This document shows positions 16,213 through 24,687 of a stretch of 51,420 nucleotides of DNA, in pieces. The DNA comes from Patescibacteria group bacterium (lineage in GTDB: Bacteria; Patescibacteriota; Minisyncoccia; Minisyncoccales; Staskawiczbacteraceae), in NCBI GenBank assembly GCA_038065835.1, contig JBBTQB010000007.1:1-51420 (forward strand), given 5' to 3'. Each line of letters opens with the position of its first letter. Positions within the stretch are counted from its first letter, which is position 1. A program made the position numbers and the translations under genes. The notes under the pieces were generated by a model. The model was not told the origin of the DNA. It saw only the letters and a program-made list of their open reading frames with translations, and did not search any database.

Positions 16213-16903
16213 CTGAGTTAAATATTATCTGTTTGCTCTCAGGACCCTTATTAAATAATAAATCGATTGATGACATGTTTGGCACGAATGGTTCATATTT
16301 TTGTTTGTAAATAGGGTGTTTGAATTCGCAATATTGATGAGAAAGCCCTGCTTTTTTAAACTTTGATTCATCAACATAAAGCTTGCCACCCTGTCCTGAC
16401 AAATAACCTTCAGCCCCTATCTTTTTGCACATGTCCAAGAGCATATCTGTTTTTTCGCCGACAATATTGTAATCAGAGTTTCTTAAAATTTTAATATCAG
16501 TGTCCAATATTTTAAAAATAGTCCTTAAAATAGTTTCGTTTAAATCTACAAGTTTTTCCCATTTTTTTGAATATATTTCTTCAAAAAAGGGAATGTAATT
16601 TTCAAAAAAGGGAGTGCTTTTATAAGAGTAATATATTGATTTAAAATGTTTTTCCCTCCATTTTAATTTGTTATTTATTAAAACATCTTTTATCTTTTGA
16701 TGGAAACGCCCATGTGTTATAACAGGAACTGTTAGCCAAATCCAGCCATCGGGCCCATTTGAAGTTCTTATTCTATTTCTATTTTGAAACGATTTTTTGG
16801 CATATTGGGTATTGTCAACAAAAACAAAAGTATCGGCATGCATTGCCTTACAAATAAGGCCTATATAAGGGAGATATTCTGGCTGATGTCCTGCGATTAT
16901 CAT
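16187..16903 (-). CDS. WbqC-family protein (copy 2)
   Basis: 238 aa. GHQPEYLPYIGL and FQNRNRIRT. Its TAA stop (16187-16189) lies inside the repeat terminus. Confidence 0.75.
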   Translation of the reverse strand: MIIAGHQPEYLPYIGLICKAMHADTFVFVDNTQYAKKSFQNRNRIRTSNGPDGWIWLTVPVITHGRFHQKIKDVLINNKLKWREKHFKSIYYSYKSTPFFENYIPFFEEIYSKKWEKLVDLNETILRTIFKILDTDIKILRNSDYNIVGEKTDMLLDMCKKIGAEGYLSGQGGKLYVDESKFKKAGLSHQYCEFKHPIYKQKYEPFVPNMSSIDLLFNKGPESKQIIFNSDEGKNSPS

Positions 16904-16914
16904 ATTTAGATATT

Positions 16915-16981
16915 GGGTGTTTGGTGTTAGGTTTTGGCTTATAACGATTCCCCGTTATCTAATACCTAACACCTAAAACCC
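16915..16981. repeat. Intercistronic long hairpin
   Basis: GGGTGTTTGGTGTTAGGT (16915-16932) pairs with ACCTAACACCTAAAACCC (16964-16981) at 16/18 positions. Inner ATAACG-attcc-CGTTAT contains the CCCCGTTA word. Confidence 0.75.
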
Positions 16982-16993
16982 ATCACCTAGCGC

Positions 16994-17611
16994 CTACTCA
17001 TAATCTTTAGAAATTCCGTCTTTGTCATACTGCAAATTGGTCAGCAGAATCATAAAGGGGGTTAAAAATAATATCTTAGAATCCAGCCACAAAGACCAAT
17101 GTTCTATGTACCAAATGTCCCATATTATCCTTTGTTTCCAGGGGAGATTATTGCCTCCCTTTATTATATCCATATTTGTAATCCCAGGTTTCGCCAAAAG
17201 TCTTTTCTTTTCGAGCTCTGTATATTTGACCACTTGGTGGGGCGAAGCCGGCCTAGGGCCCACCAAAGACATGCCATCAAAAATAACATTTATAAGCTGA
17301 GGAATTTCATCTAGTCCAACTCTTCTTATAACTTTCCCAACTCTTGTGACTCTTGGGTCGTCTTTAGATGTTTCATATCTCATGCCAATATGTTCTGTGT
17401 TTTGCTGCATTGTTCTAAATTTTAGCATTATAAATTCTTTTCCATTCCTACCTACCCTTTTTTGCTTAAAAATCACGGGGCCTTTTGAATCAAGCTTTAT
17501 CAAGATAGCTATAACTAAACATAATGGACTCAATAATATAAGCAAAAAAATAGAAAATAAAAGATCTATTATATCTTTTATAACGTACTGAATAGTTAGG
17601 CTTTTTTTCAC
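16994..17611 (-). CDS. Small monotopic phosphoglycosyltransferase, copy 2
   Basis: 205 aa. KLDSKGPVIFKQKRVGRNGKEFIMLKFRTM and DEIPQLINVIFDGMSLVGPRP. GTG start at 17611 lies inside the repeat terminus. Confidence 0.85.
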   Translation of the reverse strand: MKKSLTIQYVIKDIIDLLFSIFLLILLSPLCLVIAILIKLDSKGPVIFKQKRVGRNGKEFIMLKFRTMQQNTEHIGMRYETSKDDPRVTRVGKVIRRVGLDEIPQLINVIFDGMSLVGPRPASPHQVVKYTELEKKRLLAKPGITNMDIIKGGNNLPWKQRIIWDIWYIEHWSLWLDSKILFLTPFMILLTNLQYDKDGISKDYE

Positions 17612-17731
17612 GCCGTTAGAAGTCTGTTCTTATGGTACTTTAAAGTTATTTTGAACAGATATGTTACTTTAATATTAATTTGTTAGTACGTAACAGGAAA
17701 ATTTCAATGAAATTTTCCTGTCTAACGGGGT
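17610..17731. repeat. Family-B stop-to-start palindromic element (short copy)
   Basis: Termini ACGCCGTTAGAAGT (17610-17623) and GTCTAACGGGGT (17720-17731). The upstream TGA (17732-17734) abuts it and the downstream GTG (17611-17609) is embedded. Internal perfect hairpin CAGGAAAATTT-caatg-AAATTTTCCTG. Confidence 0.85.
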
Positions 17732-19624
17732 TCATCTTACTTTTCTTGCTTCCAAATAAAAGTTATGTGAAAAAATAATAAACAATGGTAAAAAAAGATT
17801 AAAAAAACGGTGAATTCTAAGCTTTATAATAACATCTGCCATAAAATCCAAAAAACTTGGCATAACATAAACACCTTTTAAATTAAATCTATCAAAACCA
17901 TTTTGCCTCATCAAGCCTTTGAATCTGTAGGGATTGTATCTTATTAACTTTTCTTTCTGTAATAAAATATCTAAAGCAAAAACATTTAAAGTAACAATAA
18001 TTAAAAGTCCGTCTTTTTTTAAAACTCTTTTTAATTCACCAATAGCTCTTTCTGAATCAGATAAAACTTGAAGAACTCCTTTACAAATAACAATATCAAA
18101 AAAACCATCTTCAAACGGCAAATTATAAGCATCAGCCACTTGGAAATTTATACTTTTGTCTTTATTTTTTGCAGCTTCAATAATTTCTGGAATATAATCG
18201 ACTCCATAGCATTGAAAACCTAATTCTAATAAGGGCATCAGGGTGTCTCCAAAACCACAGCCGACATCAAGTATTTTATTTTTTAAATTATAATCTCTAC
18301 TTCCAATATGCTTTTTAAAATAATCAAAAAAATAAACATTATCATTTCTAAATCCGGTTTTAGAATGAAACATTATTTCATGCTCTTTTTTCCCGTCCCT
18401 GGCAGCCCGACTGTATTTTGAAAACCATTCATCTTCAAGTCTAGTATTAAGTTTTTTCTTGATTAACTCTTCATAGGCAGAACCCAATCTTTCAAGAACT
18501 ATTTTTTTGCTGAATTTTTGAATAACTTTTTTTCTCCCCATGATTCCCATCTCTCTTGCTATTTCTGGGTTATCTAAAAGATAACCTATGGCACTCACGA
18601 TTTTGTTCGGGTTATTTACGGGAATTAATATGCCTGTTTTGCCATCATCAACTGCCTCAAGAATTCCTCCGGTATTAGTGGCTATGACCGGCCTCTCCAT
18701 TGACGAAGCTTCTAATATTACTGCTCCCAAACCTTCCCTGCGAGACGGCAAAACAAAAATATCCATCACCGAATACAGCTCCTGAACATCAGTCCTATCT
18801 CCCAGGAAAATAACATTACTGCCAAAGCCATAGGATTTAATTGTTTCAAGGTTAATGGGATCTTTTTTTTCCGGCTCAAGGGGCCCTACAACCAAAAGCA
18901 CGACATTATCGTATTTCTTTAAAATTTCCTGAAAAGCTTCGAATAATTCCAAGTACCCTTTTTCAACTACTAATCTGGCAACAATTCCAACTATTCTTTT
19001 ATCATCAGGTATACTTAATTCTTTTTTCTTCCTCTTTTTGAATTCATCGTTAAAGTTTTGAGGATTGAATCTATCAGTATCTATATCCCTCCCCAGGTAC
19101 AAAAGAACATCGGCAGAGAATATTTTATGTTCTTTGGCTTTGTTAATTATATCGTCACTTATTGAAAAAACTACTGATGAATATTTTCCAGTTATCTTTT
19201 GGAGCAACAGGTAAAGTTTTTTCTGCCAATAAGGAAGAGATCTGGGTAAGTCAGATCCAAATCCATGTAAAGTATTTAAAATAATGGGAACTCCCGCCAA
19301 GTAAGCTGATAACTGGCCGTAAATTTCAGCTTTGGGAGTATGAACATGAACAATATCAAACTTTTCTTTCTTGAAATAAAAAAATAACCTTATAAAAGCC
19401 AGTAAATCAGAAAATGGACTTATCATTCTTCTAGATAGTTTTATTGTTTTAACTTTAATGCCTTCGTTTTCTAGGCTCTGAATCCACTTTCCAGGGCTAC
19501 AAACAGCATGAACATCATAATCTTGAGATCGCAAAAACTTTAACTGGTCAAACAGCATAAATCTTAAGGTAAAGTCGGAGCTGACAACTTGGCAGATTTT
19601 GACATTTCTTTCTTTATTGTTCAT
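17732..19624 (-). CDS. Fusion: GT4 glycosyltransferase + class I SAM methyltransferase + C-terminal membrane helix
   Basis: 630 aa. GT4 E-x7-E region EGLGAVILEASSMERPVIATNTGG. Methyltransferase motif I ILDVGCGFGDT. Hydrophobic tail FFNLFLPLFIIFS. Confidence 0.75.
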   Translation of the reverse strand: MNNKERNVKICQVVSSDFTLRFMLFDQLKFLRSQDYDVHAVCSPGKWIQSLENEGIKVKTIKLSRRMISPFSDLLAFIRLFFYFKKEKFDIVHVHTPKAEIYGQLSAYLAGVPIILNTLHGFGSDLPRSLPYWQKKLYLLLQKITGKYSSVVFSISDDIINKAKEHKIFSADVLLYLGRDIDTDRFNPQNFNDEFKKRKKKELSIPDDKRIVGIVARLVVEKGYLELFEAFQEILKKYDNVVLLVVGPLEPEKKDPINLETIKSYGFGSNVIFLGDRTDVQELYSVMDIFVLPSRREGLGAVILEASSMERPVIATNTGGILEAVDDGKTGILIPVNNPNKIVSAIGYLLDNPEIAREMGIMGRKKVIQKFSKKIVLERLGSAYEELIKKKLNTRLEDEWFSKYSRAARDGKKEHEIMFHSKTGFRNDNVYFFDYFKKHIGSRDYNLKNKILDVGCGFGDTLMPLLELGFQCYGVDYIPEIIEAAKNKDKSINFQVADAYNLPFEDGFFDIVICKGVLQVLSDSERAIGELKRVLKKDGLLIIVTLNVFALDILLQKEKLIRYNPYRFKGLMRQNGFDRFNLKGVYVMPSFLDFMADVIIKLRIHRFFNLFLPLFIIFSHNFYLEARKVR

Positions 19625-20900
19625 TCTTTAACATTTTATTGATAAATAATAAGTACATCCAACCAAAAAAATAAGTCAGCATAAGAACGGTGACCGCCCC
19701 CATAAGTGAAAACCTAGGGATTAAATACCAATTCAGTAAAATATTAATAAGAAACATGGATAATGAGAATACCATAATCAGTCTAGCCTCCTTAAGGCTT
19801 TTTGAATATAAAAGCCAATTATAAACGTTATAAATGAAAAATAATATTGACGCCAAGGCAAATAAAAACATCAAAAGATAATCAGTCGGGTAATCTTTGC
19901 CAAAAAGTTTTAAAACTATCAATTCAAATAAAAACAAAGCAACTAGGCCAAACACGAACAAGGGTAAGGTTGATTTTCTAATTATTCTCAAAATCTTAAC
20001 TTTAGAAACGTATTGGGAGGCAGTTGGGAAAAAAACGGCAACAAAAATAGTACTGGCAAACATCATTAAGTTAAGCGACGAAAAATAATAAGCATTGTAA
20101 ATGCCAACTTCAGATACGGTTAAAAACTTATTGATCATTAGTTTGCTTAATGGCGGAAGAAGGAAAAACAGGAAACTTCCGCCGGTAGCATAAAGCCCGT
20201 ACTCAAGGACTTTCTTTAACCAATTTTTGTCAATTTGAAAAGAAAGATATTTAGCAATATTAATGAGTACTAACACAAAAACAGCTAGGTAACTAAAACA
20301 AGCTATTAAAATTACTGTTATAAAGGAAATGCTATTTTTAAGTAAAAAAAGCGACAAGAGTAAAACCACAAAAAATCCGAACAAAGCTCTAATTAGCGAT
20401 AAACTCTTCATCTTATGCAAACCCCGTAAAGTATCAGTAGCCAACATATACAAGGCGTAACAAACTGCAAAAATAATAGACAAATAAAATACTGTCAGAG
20501 AAACTTTAATTGTCTTTGACAAGGGGCCTGCAAAAACAAAGAACAAAACAGTAATGATAATTAAAAAAACAGCTACTACTAAATAAGATGTTGAGATTAT
20601 TTTTTTTGAGGTAAGATAATCTTTTGTTTGGGCAGTATAGCGCACCAAGGCCATGCTAATGCCAAGAGTCATCAAAAGGTATAAAAAAGTTGCTATTGAA
20701 TCTACTAAGGCATACTTGCCGTATTCCTCCGGCCCCAAAATTCTACCAGCTAAAACCTGAAATAAAAGGAGCAGAACTGCTGAAATACCGTAGCCAAACA
20801 CCAAGCTCTGGAAGTTATCGAAAAAAATTTTAATTGCAGGGGTAACTCTTTCTCTAAAAATTATTTCGTATATTTTTATGAGTAATTTTTGTAAGAACAT
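19614..20900 (-). CDS. Wzx-like oligosaccharide flippase (MOP superfamily), copy 1
   Basis: 428 aa, about 12 hydrophobic helices, positioned within the glycan locus. Confidence 0.6.
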   Translation of the reverse strand: MFLQKLLIKIYEIIFRERVTPAIKIFFDNFQSLVFGYGISAVLLLLFQVLAGRILGPEEYGKYALVDSIATFLYLLMTLGISMALVRYTAQTKDYLTSKKIISTSYLVVAVFLIIITVLFFVFAGPLSKTIKVSLTVFYLSIIFAVCYALYMLATDTLRGLHKMKSLSLIRALFGFFVVLLLSLFLLKNSISFITVILIACFSYLAVFVLVLINIAKYLSFQIDKNWLKKVLEYGLYATGGSFLFFLLPPLSKLMINKFLTVSEVGIYNAYYFSSLNLMMFASTIFVAVFFPTASQYVSKVKILRIIRKSTLPLFVFGLVALFLFELIVLKLFGKDYPTDYLLMFLFALASILFFIYNVYNWLLYSKSLKEARLIMVFSLSMFLINILLNWYLIPRFSLMGAVTVLMLTYFFGWMYLLFINKMLKNEQ

Positions 20901-20921
20901 TATTTATAAAACTTAGTAATT

Positions 20922-20949
20922 AGAGTGCAGGATTCCAATCCTGCACTCT
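20922..20949. repeat. Family-A repeat, short hairpin form
   Basis: AGAGTGCAGGAT-tcca-ATCCTGCACTCT. Arms equal the outer 12 nt of the 51-bp palindrome arms. The last base overlaps the TAA stop of the epimerase gene. Confidence 0.9.
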
Positions 20950-21893
20950 TATTTCTCATGTTGCTTTTTGAACCAATCTACTGTTGAAGACAATCCCTTA
21001 TCTAAGTTGTATTGAGGCTGCCATCTAATAGCTCGTTTTGCCTTCTTAATAGACAAAGCTCCCCTTTTTAATACGCCTGTTGGCAAGGGAATATGTTTGG
21101 CTTCTTTTTTAAATCCGGTAATCTTCTTTAATTTATTAAAGATTTCCATAACTGAAGTTTCTCTGCCTGTGGCTACATTAATAATTCCATTGATATTTTT
21201 ATTGCAAGCAGCCATAGTAACTTTTATAGCATCATCAATAAAAATATAATCTTTTGTCTGCTTGCCGCTACCGTGGATAACACATTGTTTGCCCTGCAGC
21301 ATATTGTTAGCAAAAATTGCAACTACGCCCGCTTCTCCAAATGGATTCTGCCTGGGCCCATAAACATTACCGTAGCGCAGTGCCAAATAGCCTATGTTGT
21401 ACATCATAAAATAAGAATCCAAGTATTTCTCAAAAGCCAATTTGGCAACGCCGTAAGGAGATAAGGGACAAGGAAGATAATCTTCAGGTGTTGGCATGAC
21501 CTTTGCCCGGCCATATATTTCTCCTCCGCTAGAAGCAAAAACTATTTTTTTAACCCCAACACTGCGGCAGTTTTCCAAGATATTTAAACTTCCCAAAATA
21601 TTTGCTTTGGCATCAAAAATTGGATCTTTGACTGACTGCCTAGCTTCAATATGGGCGGCAAAATGAAAAACCATTTCCGGTTTTTCTTTCCTAAAAATAT
21701 TACCAATTTTAAAATCCGTAATGTCTTTTTTATAGAATTTAGCTCTCGCATTTATATTTTCCTTTTTACCGGCGGAAAGGTTATCAATAATAACTACTTT
21801 GTGGCCTTGTTCAAGCAGATTATCAACAAGATGGCTACCTATGAATCCGGCTCCACCAGTAACTAAGATATTTTTTTTGCTAAAACTTTTCAT
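20949..21893 (-). CDS. NAD-dependent sugar-nucleotide epimerase/dehydratase (GalE/WbpP-like SDR)
   Basis: 314 aa. ILVTGGAGFIGSHLV and catalytic SPYGVAKLAFEKY (YxxxK). Confidence 0.8.
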   Translation of the reverse strand: MKSFSKKNILVTGGAGFIGSHLVDNLLEQGHKVVIIDNLSAGKKENINARAKFYKKDITDFKIGNIFRKEKPEMVFHFAAHIEARQSVKDPIFDAKANILGSLNILENCRSVGVKKIVFASSGGEIYGRAKVMPTPEDYLPCPLSPYGVAKLAFEKYLDSYFMMYNIGYLALRYGNVYGPRQNPFGEAGVVAIFANNMLQGKQCVIHGSGKQTKDYIFIDDAIKVTMAACNKNINGIINVATGRETSVMEIFNKLKKITGFKKEAKHIPLPTGVLKRGALSIKKAKRAIRWQPQYNLDKGLSSTVDWFKKQHEK

Positions 21894-21898
21894 CTTAT

Positions 21899-23503
21899 TT
21901 ATAATTTTAGATACTTCTCTAAAAGTGGCACTTTGACGTTCTTTAATCTATCAAGTCCGAAGGGTAGTAGGCATAAAAGGGCTAAAAATGCCGGCATTCT
22001 AATTCTAGTTATCATGCCAAAATTATTTATGTAAAGAGACAAAACTCCAAAAATAAGAAGACTGAAAATAATTAAAGGCAAGATAACTTTGTAATTTACT
22101 TTTATGGATTTTAGCATACCCTTTATAATAAAGAATAGCAGAAAATACCAGGGGATTACTTCTGGCAAAACAAAAAGGTGTTTGGCTTTTTTTAACTGCC
22201 AGGGGAAGGGACCCAAAATAGAGTAAACAAAAGATAAGGAATTGCTTTTAAGAAATGAAATGGGATTGTCAAAACCAGCATCTATTACAATTGAGGAATC
22301 TTGAGCTATTGTACTTTTACCCTCTGGCAGAGGTATGGTTTCTTCTGCTTTTTTGGTTTCTTGAAGCTGAGATTTTGGGGGATAAGCTAGTTCTCTATAA
22401 CCAACAATTGTTTGGGGATTTAAAAAATTTTTAATAGCTTTTACACCCATATATCCTTGAGTAGCTCCGTCTAATGGAGCAATTCTCGGCAAAAAACCAA
22501 GAAGAAGAATCATTATAATTCCATAAATAACTCTTTTTTTAATTCTTAAATCACAAAAGCTAAACCAACAAATTATGAAACTTAAAATAAGTGCATAACC
22601 AATATAAAAACGGAAATGGGTCACTCCAGCCAACACAATATAGAAAATCAAAAAATTTAACCAGGAGAATTTTTTAATTATCTTTAAGGTCAACAACAAC
22701 CCAATAACGCTCAGTAAAACAACTAAAGCATCTTTTAATAACAAACTTCCGTAGAACGCCAAAGAGGGGTAAAAACAAACAATTAATCCCACAATGAAAC
22801 CTTCTTTTTTTGAACGACCTATTTGACAAACCAATAAAAAAACAAATACGGCTATGAGGGCAACTATCCAAGCGTTAAGCAACTGACCCATCAGCATGCT
22901 GGGAACTGTTAGAAGATAAACATAACCAATAGCAAGCGGATAGTAGTGGACCAGCGGCAAACCTAAGAATGGTAAACCTTCTAAAGAAAAATTTCCCGCA
23001 GAAACTCTTTTTGATATTTCTAGTGCAATTGCATGATATTCATTGAAATCTCCCCTTCCCTCACTGAATGGTTGAAAATCTGCATAATATACAAAAACAA
23101 CCATTACGATATGAATCAAAAAAACAATTAAAAAGAGTAGGGTTAAAAACTTTACCGTTTCCCCGCCCGCATCGCTATGCCAGCCTGCATTACCTGCGTT
23201 ATTATGTCTGGCAGGCGAAGCATTGCGGGCAGGCTTTTCTTTTACCCAGTTAGAAAGCTCTGCTTCTTTTTTCTCTTTTTCTAAAAAAGGACTATTGTTT
23301 GTTAAAATATTGCCCTTTCTAACGGGGTTTATTGTGTTAATAAAAAATAAAGCAATAGAAGATAAAAAAACAACAAATATAGCTCCTACAGCCAAATCTT
23401 TGTCAATCAAGGAAAGCAAAGCTAATATAATACAGATTAATATAACTTTATGATACCTTGAAAATGATTCTAAAAAATCCACCTCGTTAGAAGTTATGGG
23501 CAA
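21899..23503 (-). CDS. Polytopic membrane protein, GT-C-like (ArnT/PMT-type) or glycan polymerase/ligase; N-terminus built from repeats
   Basis: 534-aa ORF with at least 9 hydrophobic helices. An acidic loop GDFNEYH follows the helix FLTLLFLIVFLIHIVMVVFVYY. The first ~125 codons overlap three repeat copies, so the start is uncertain (TTG 23503 or GTG 23482). Confidence 0.4.
   Translation of the reverse strand: MPITSNEVDFLESFSRYHKVILICIILALLSLIDKDLAVGAIFVVFLSSIALFFINTINPVRKGNILTNNSPFLEKEKKEAELSNWVKEKPARNASPARHNNAGNAGWHSDAGGETVKFLTLLFLIVFLIHIVMVVFVYYADFQPFSEGRGDFNEYHAIALEISKRVSAGNFSLEGLPFLGLPLVHYYPLAIGYVYLLTVPSMLMGQLLNAWIVALIAVFVFLLVCQIGRSKKEGFIVGLIVCFYPSLAFYGSLLLKDALVVLLSVIGLLLTLKIIKKFSWLNFLIFYIVLAGVTHFRFYIGYALILSFIICWFSFCDLRIKKRVIYGIIMILLLGFLPRIAPLDGATQGYMGVKAIKNFLNPQTIVGYRELAYPPKSQLQETKKAEETIPLPEGKSTIAQDSSIVIDAGFDNPISFLKSNSLSFVYSILGPFPWQLKKAKHLFVLPEVIPWYFLLFFIIKGMLKSIKVNYKVILPLIIFSLLIFGVLSLYINNFGMITRIRMPAFLALLCLLPFGLDRLKNVKVPLLEKYLKL
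23161..23234. repeat. Family-C G+C-rich imperfect palindrome, intragenic
   Basis: GCCCGCA...TGCGGGC, TCGC/GCGA and GCCAG/CTGGC pairings. Shares the words GGCGAAG, GCGGGCAGGC and CCTGC with 8210-8268. Read in frame as ...ARNASPARHNNAGNAGWHSDAGGE... Confidence 0.7.
23244..23328. repeat. Family-B-type element, intragenic, opposite orientation
   Basis: Termini ACCCAGTTAGAAAG (23244-23257) and CTTTCTAACGGGGT (23315-23328), 13/14 complementary. Read in frame as NPVRKGNILTNNSPFLEKEKKEAELSNWV. Confidence 0.75.
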
Positions 23504-23670
23504 AATGTCATATGGGACATTTTGCTTACTCTTTGTTAATTTTTATTATTTACCTTATTTTAACCCATTGAAGTTTTAATTATCCTCATACAAACCCCGT
23601 TAGGGGTTTGTTTCTTTTGCATTTACCTTAAAACTCCTTGACCTCTAACGGGGCAAACTTCTAACGGAGT
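23481..23670. repeat. Family-B stop-to-start palindromic element (long copy 2)
   Basis: Termini ACCTCGTTAGAAGT (23481-23494) and ACTTCTAACGGAGT (23657-23670). Nested pair ACCCCGTTAGGGG (23594-23606) and ACCTCTAACGGGG (23641-23653). TGA of the upstream GT4 at 23671-23673 abuts it. High similarity to 33804-34027. Confidence 0.9.
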
Positions 23671-24687
23671 TCATCTTAAAACGTTATTGATTAAATCCAG
23701 CCATTCTTGGTTAAACCTTTCTATAGTAAAATCTTTGGCGTAATTATAACCTATCTGACCGATTTTTTTTCTTTCCTCTGAATTATTCAGTAAATATTCC
23801 ACCTTCTGTTTTAATTCCTTAAAATCGGTGCAAATTATCTGTCCCCCATTCTCCAATAACTCTCTCATTCCACCCATTCCAGAACCAATTGTAGGCACTT
23901 TCAAAAGCATTGCCTCATGAGTGGTCATAGACCAACCCTCTTTAAATTTAGACATCGTTACAACAACGGAAGATGCTTTCAGCAAGATTAAATAATTTTT
24001 ATAATCTAAATCAAGATTTAGCGTTGGGACTTCAACTTCTTTTCTGCCAGAGGTAACAAGATAAACATCTAAGTCTTTAAGCGCTTCATAAGCATCAACG
24101 ACACCTTTTGGTTTTTGACAGTTTCCAAGATATACTATCGGTTTTCCTTCTAACTTATATTTTTTCTTAAACTCTGAAACTTCTTCTGCTGTAATGTTAA
24201 AATTATTCATACTAAACCCGCAATAAATTTTGCAGACATTTTTGTATCCTTTCTCTAAAAAATAATTCTTCCAGTATTCAGATATTACAACAGTAGCATC
24301 TGCTCTTTTTACCTGAATGTAAAAAAAAGTTTTTTCTAATAAGGGTAACAGCAATCTTGGAATTAAACGAAACCCCGAAAAATCAATGTGAAAAATCAAA
24401 GTTAAGTTTTTGCCTCTTGTATTTTTTTTATTTAATGTGATTGTTGAATAAAAATCTCTTATCCAAAGGTCTTTTTTGCCTCTAAAAAACAAAAGCTTTA
24501 TAAAAGACTCTAAACTTTTAAGGTATCTGTTTTTAAAATAATTTGCCTCTAAATTTACGTACTCTACATCAAAAGTTCCAGATAAGGTGTTAATAACTTG
24601 ATTTTTGTAAATATTCCCCCCAGATCTTTTTGAAAAAATGTTAATCAAACCGATAGTTTCCATGATAGTTATACTGTTTCCCTCCAA
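23671..24687 (-). CDS. GT4-family glycosyltransferase
   Basis: 338 aa. C-terminal EGWSMTTHEAMLLKVPTIGSGMGGMRELLENG (E-x7-E). The true start may be ATG 24663 (METIGLINIF). Confidence 0.7.
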   Translation of the reverse strand: MEGNSITIMETIGLINIFSKRSGGNIYKNQVINTLSGTFDVEYVNLEANYFKNRYLKSLESFIKLLFFRGKKDLWIRDFYSTITLNKKNTRGKNLTLIFHIDFSGFRLIPRLLLPLLEKTFFYIQVKRADATVVISEYWKNYFLEKGYKNVCKIYCGFSMNNFNITAEEVSEFKKKYKLEGKPIVYLGNCQKPKGVVDAYEALKDLDVYLVTSGRKEVEVPTLNLDLDYKNYLILLKASSVVVTMSKFKEGWSMTTHEAMLLKVPTIGSGMGGMRELLENGGQIICTDFKELKQKVEYLLNNSEERKKIGQIGYNYAKDFTIERFNQEWLDLINNVLR

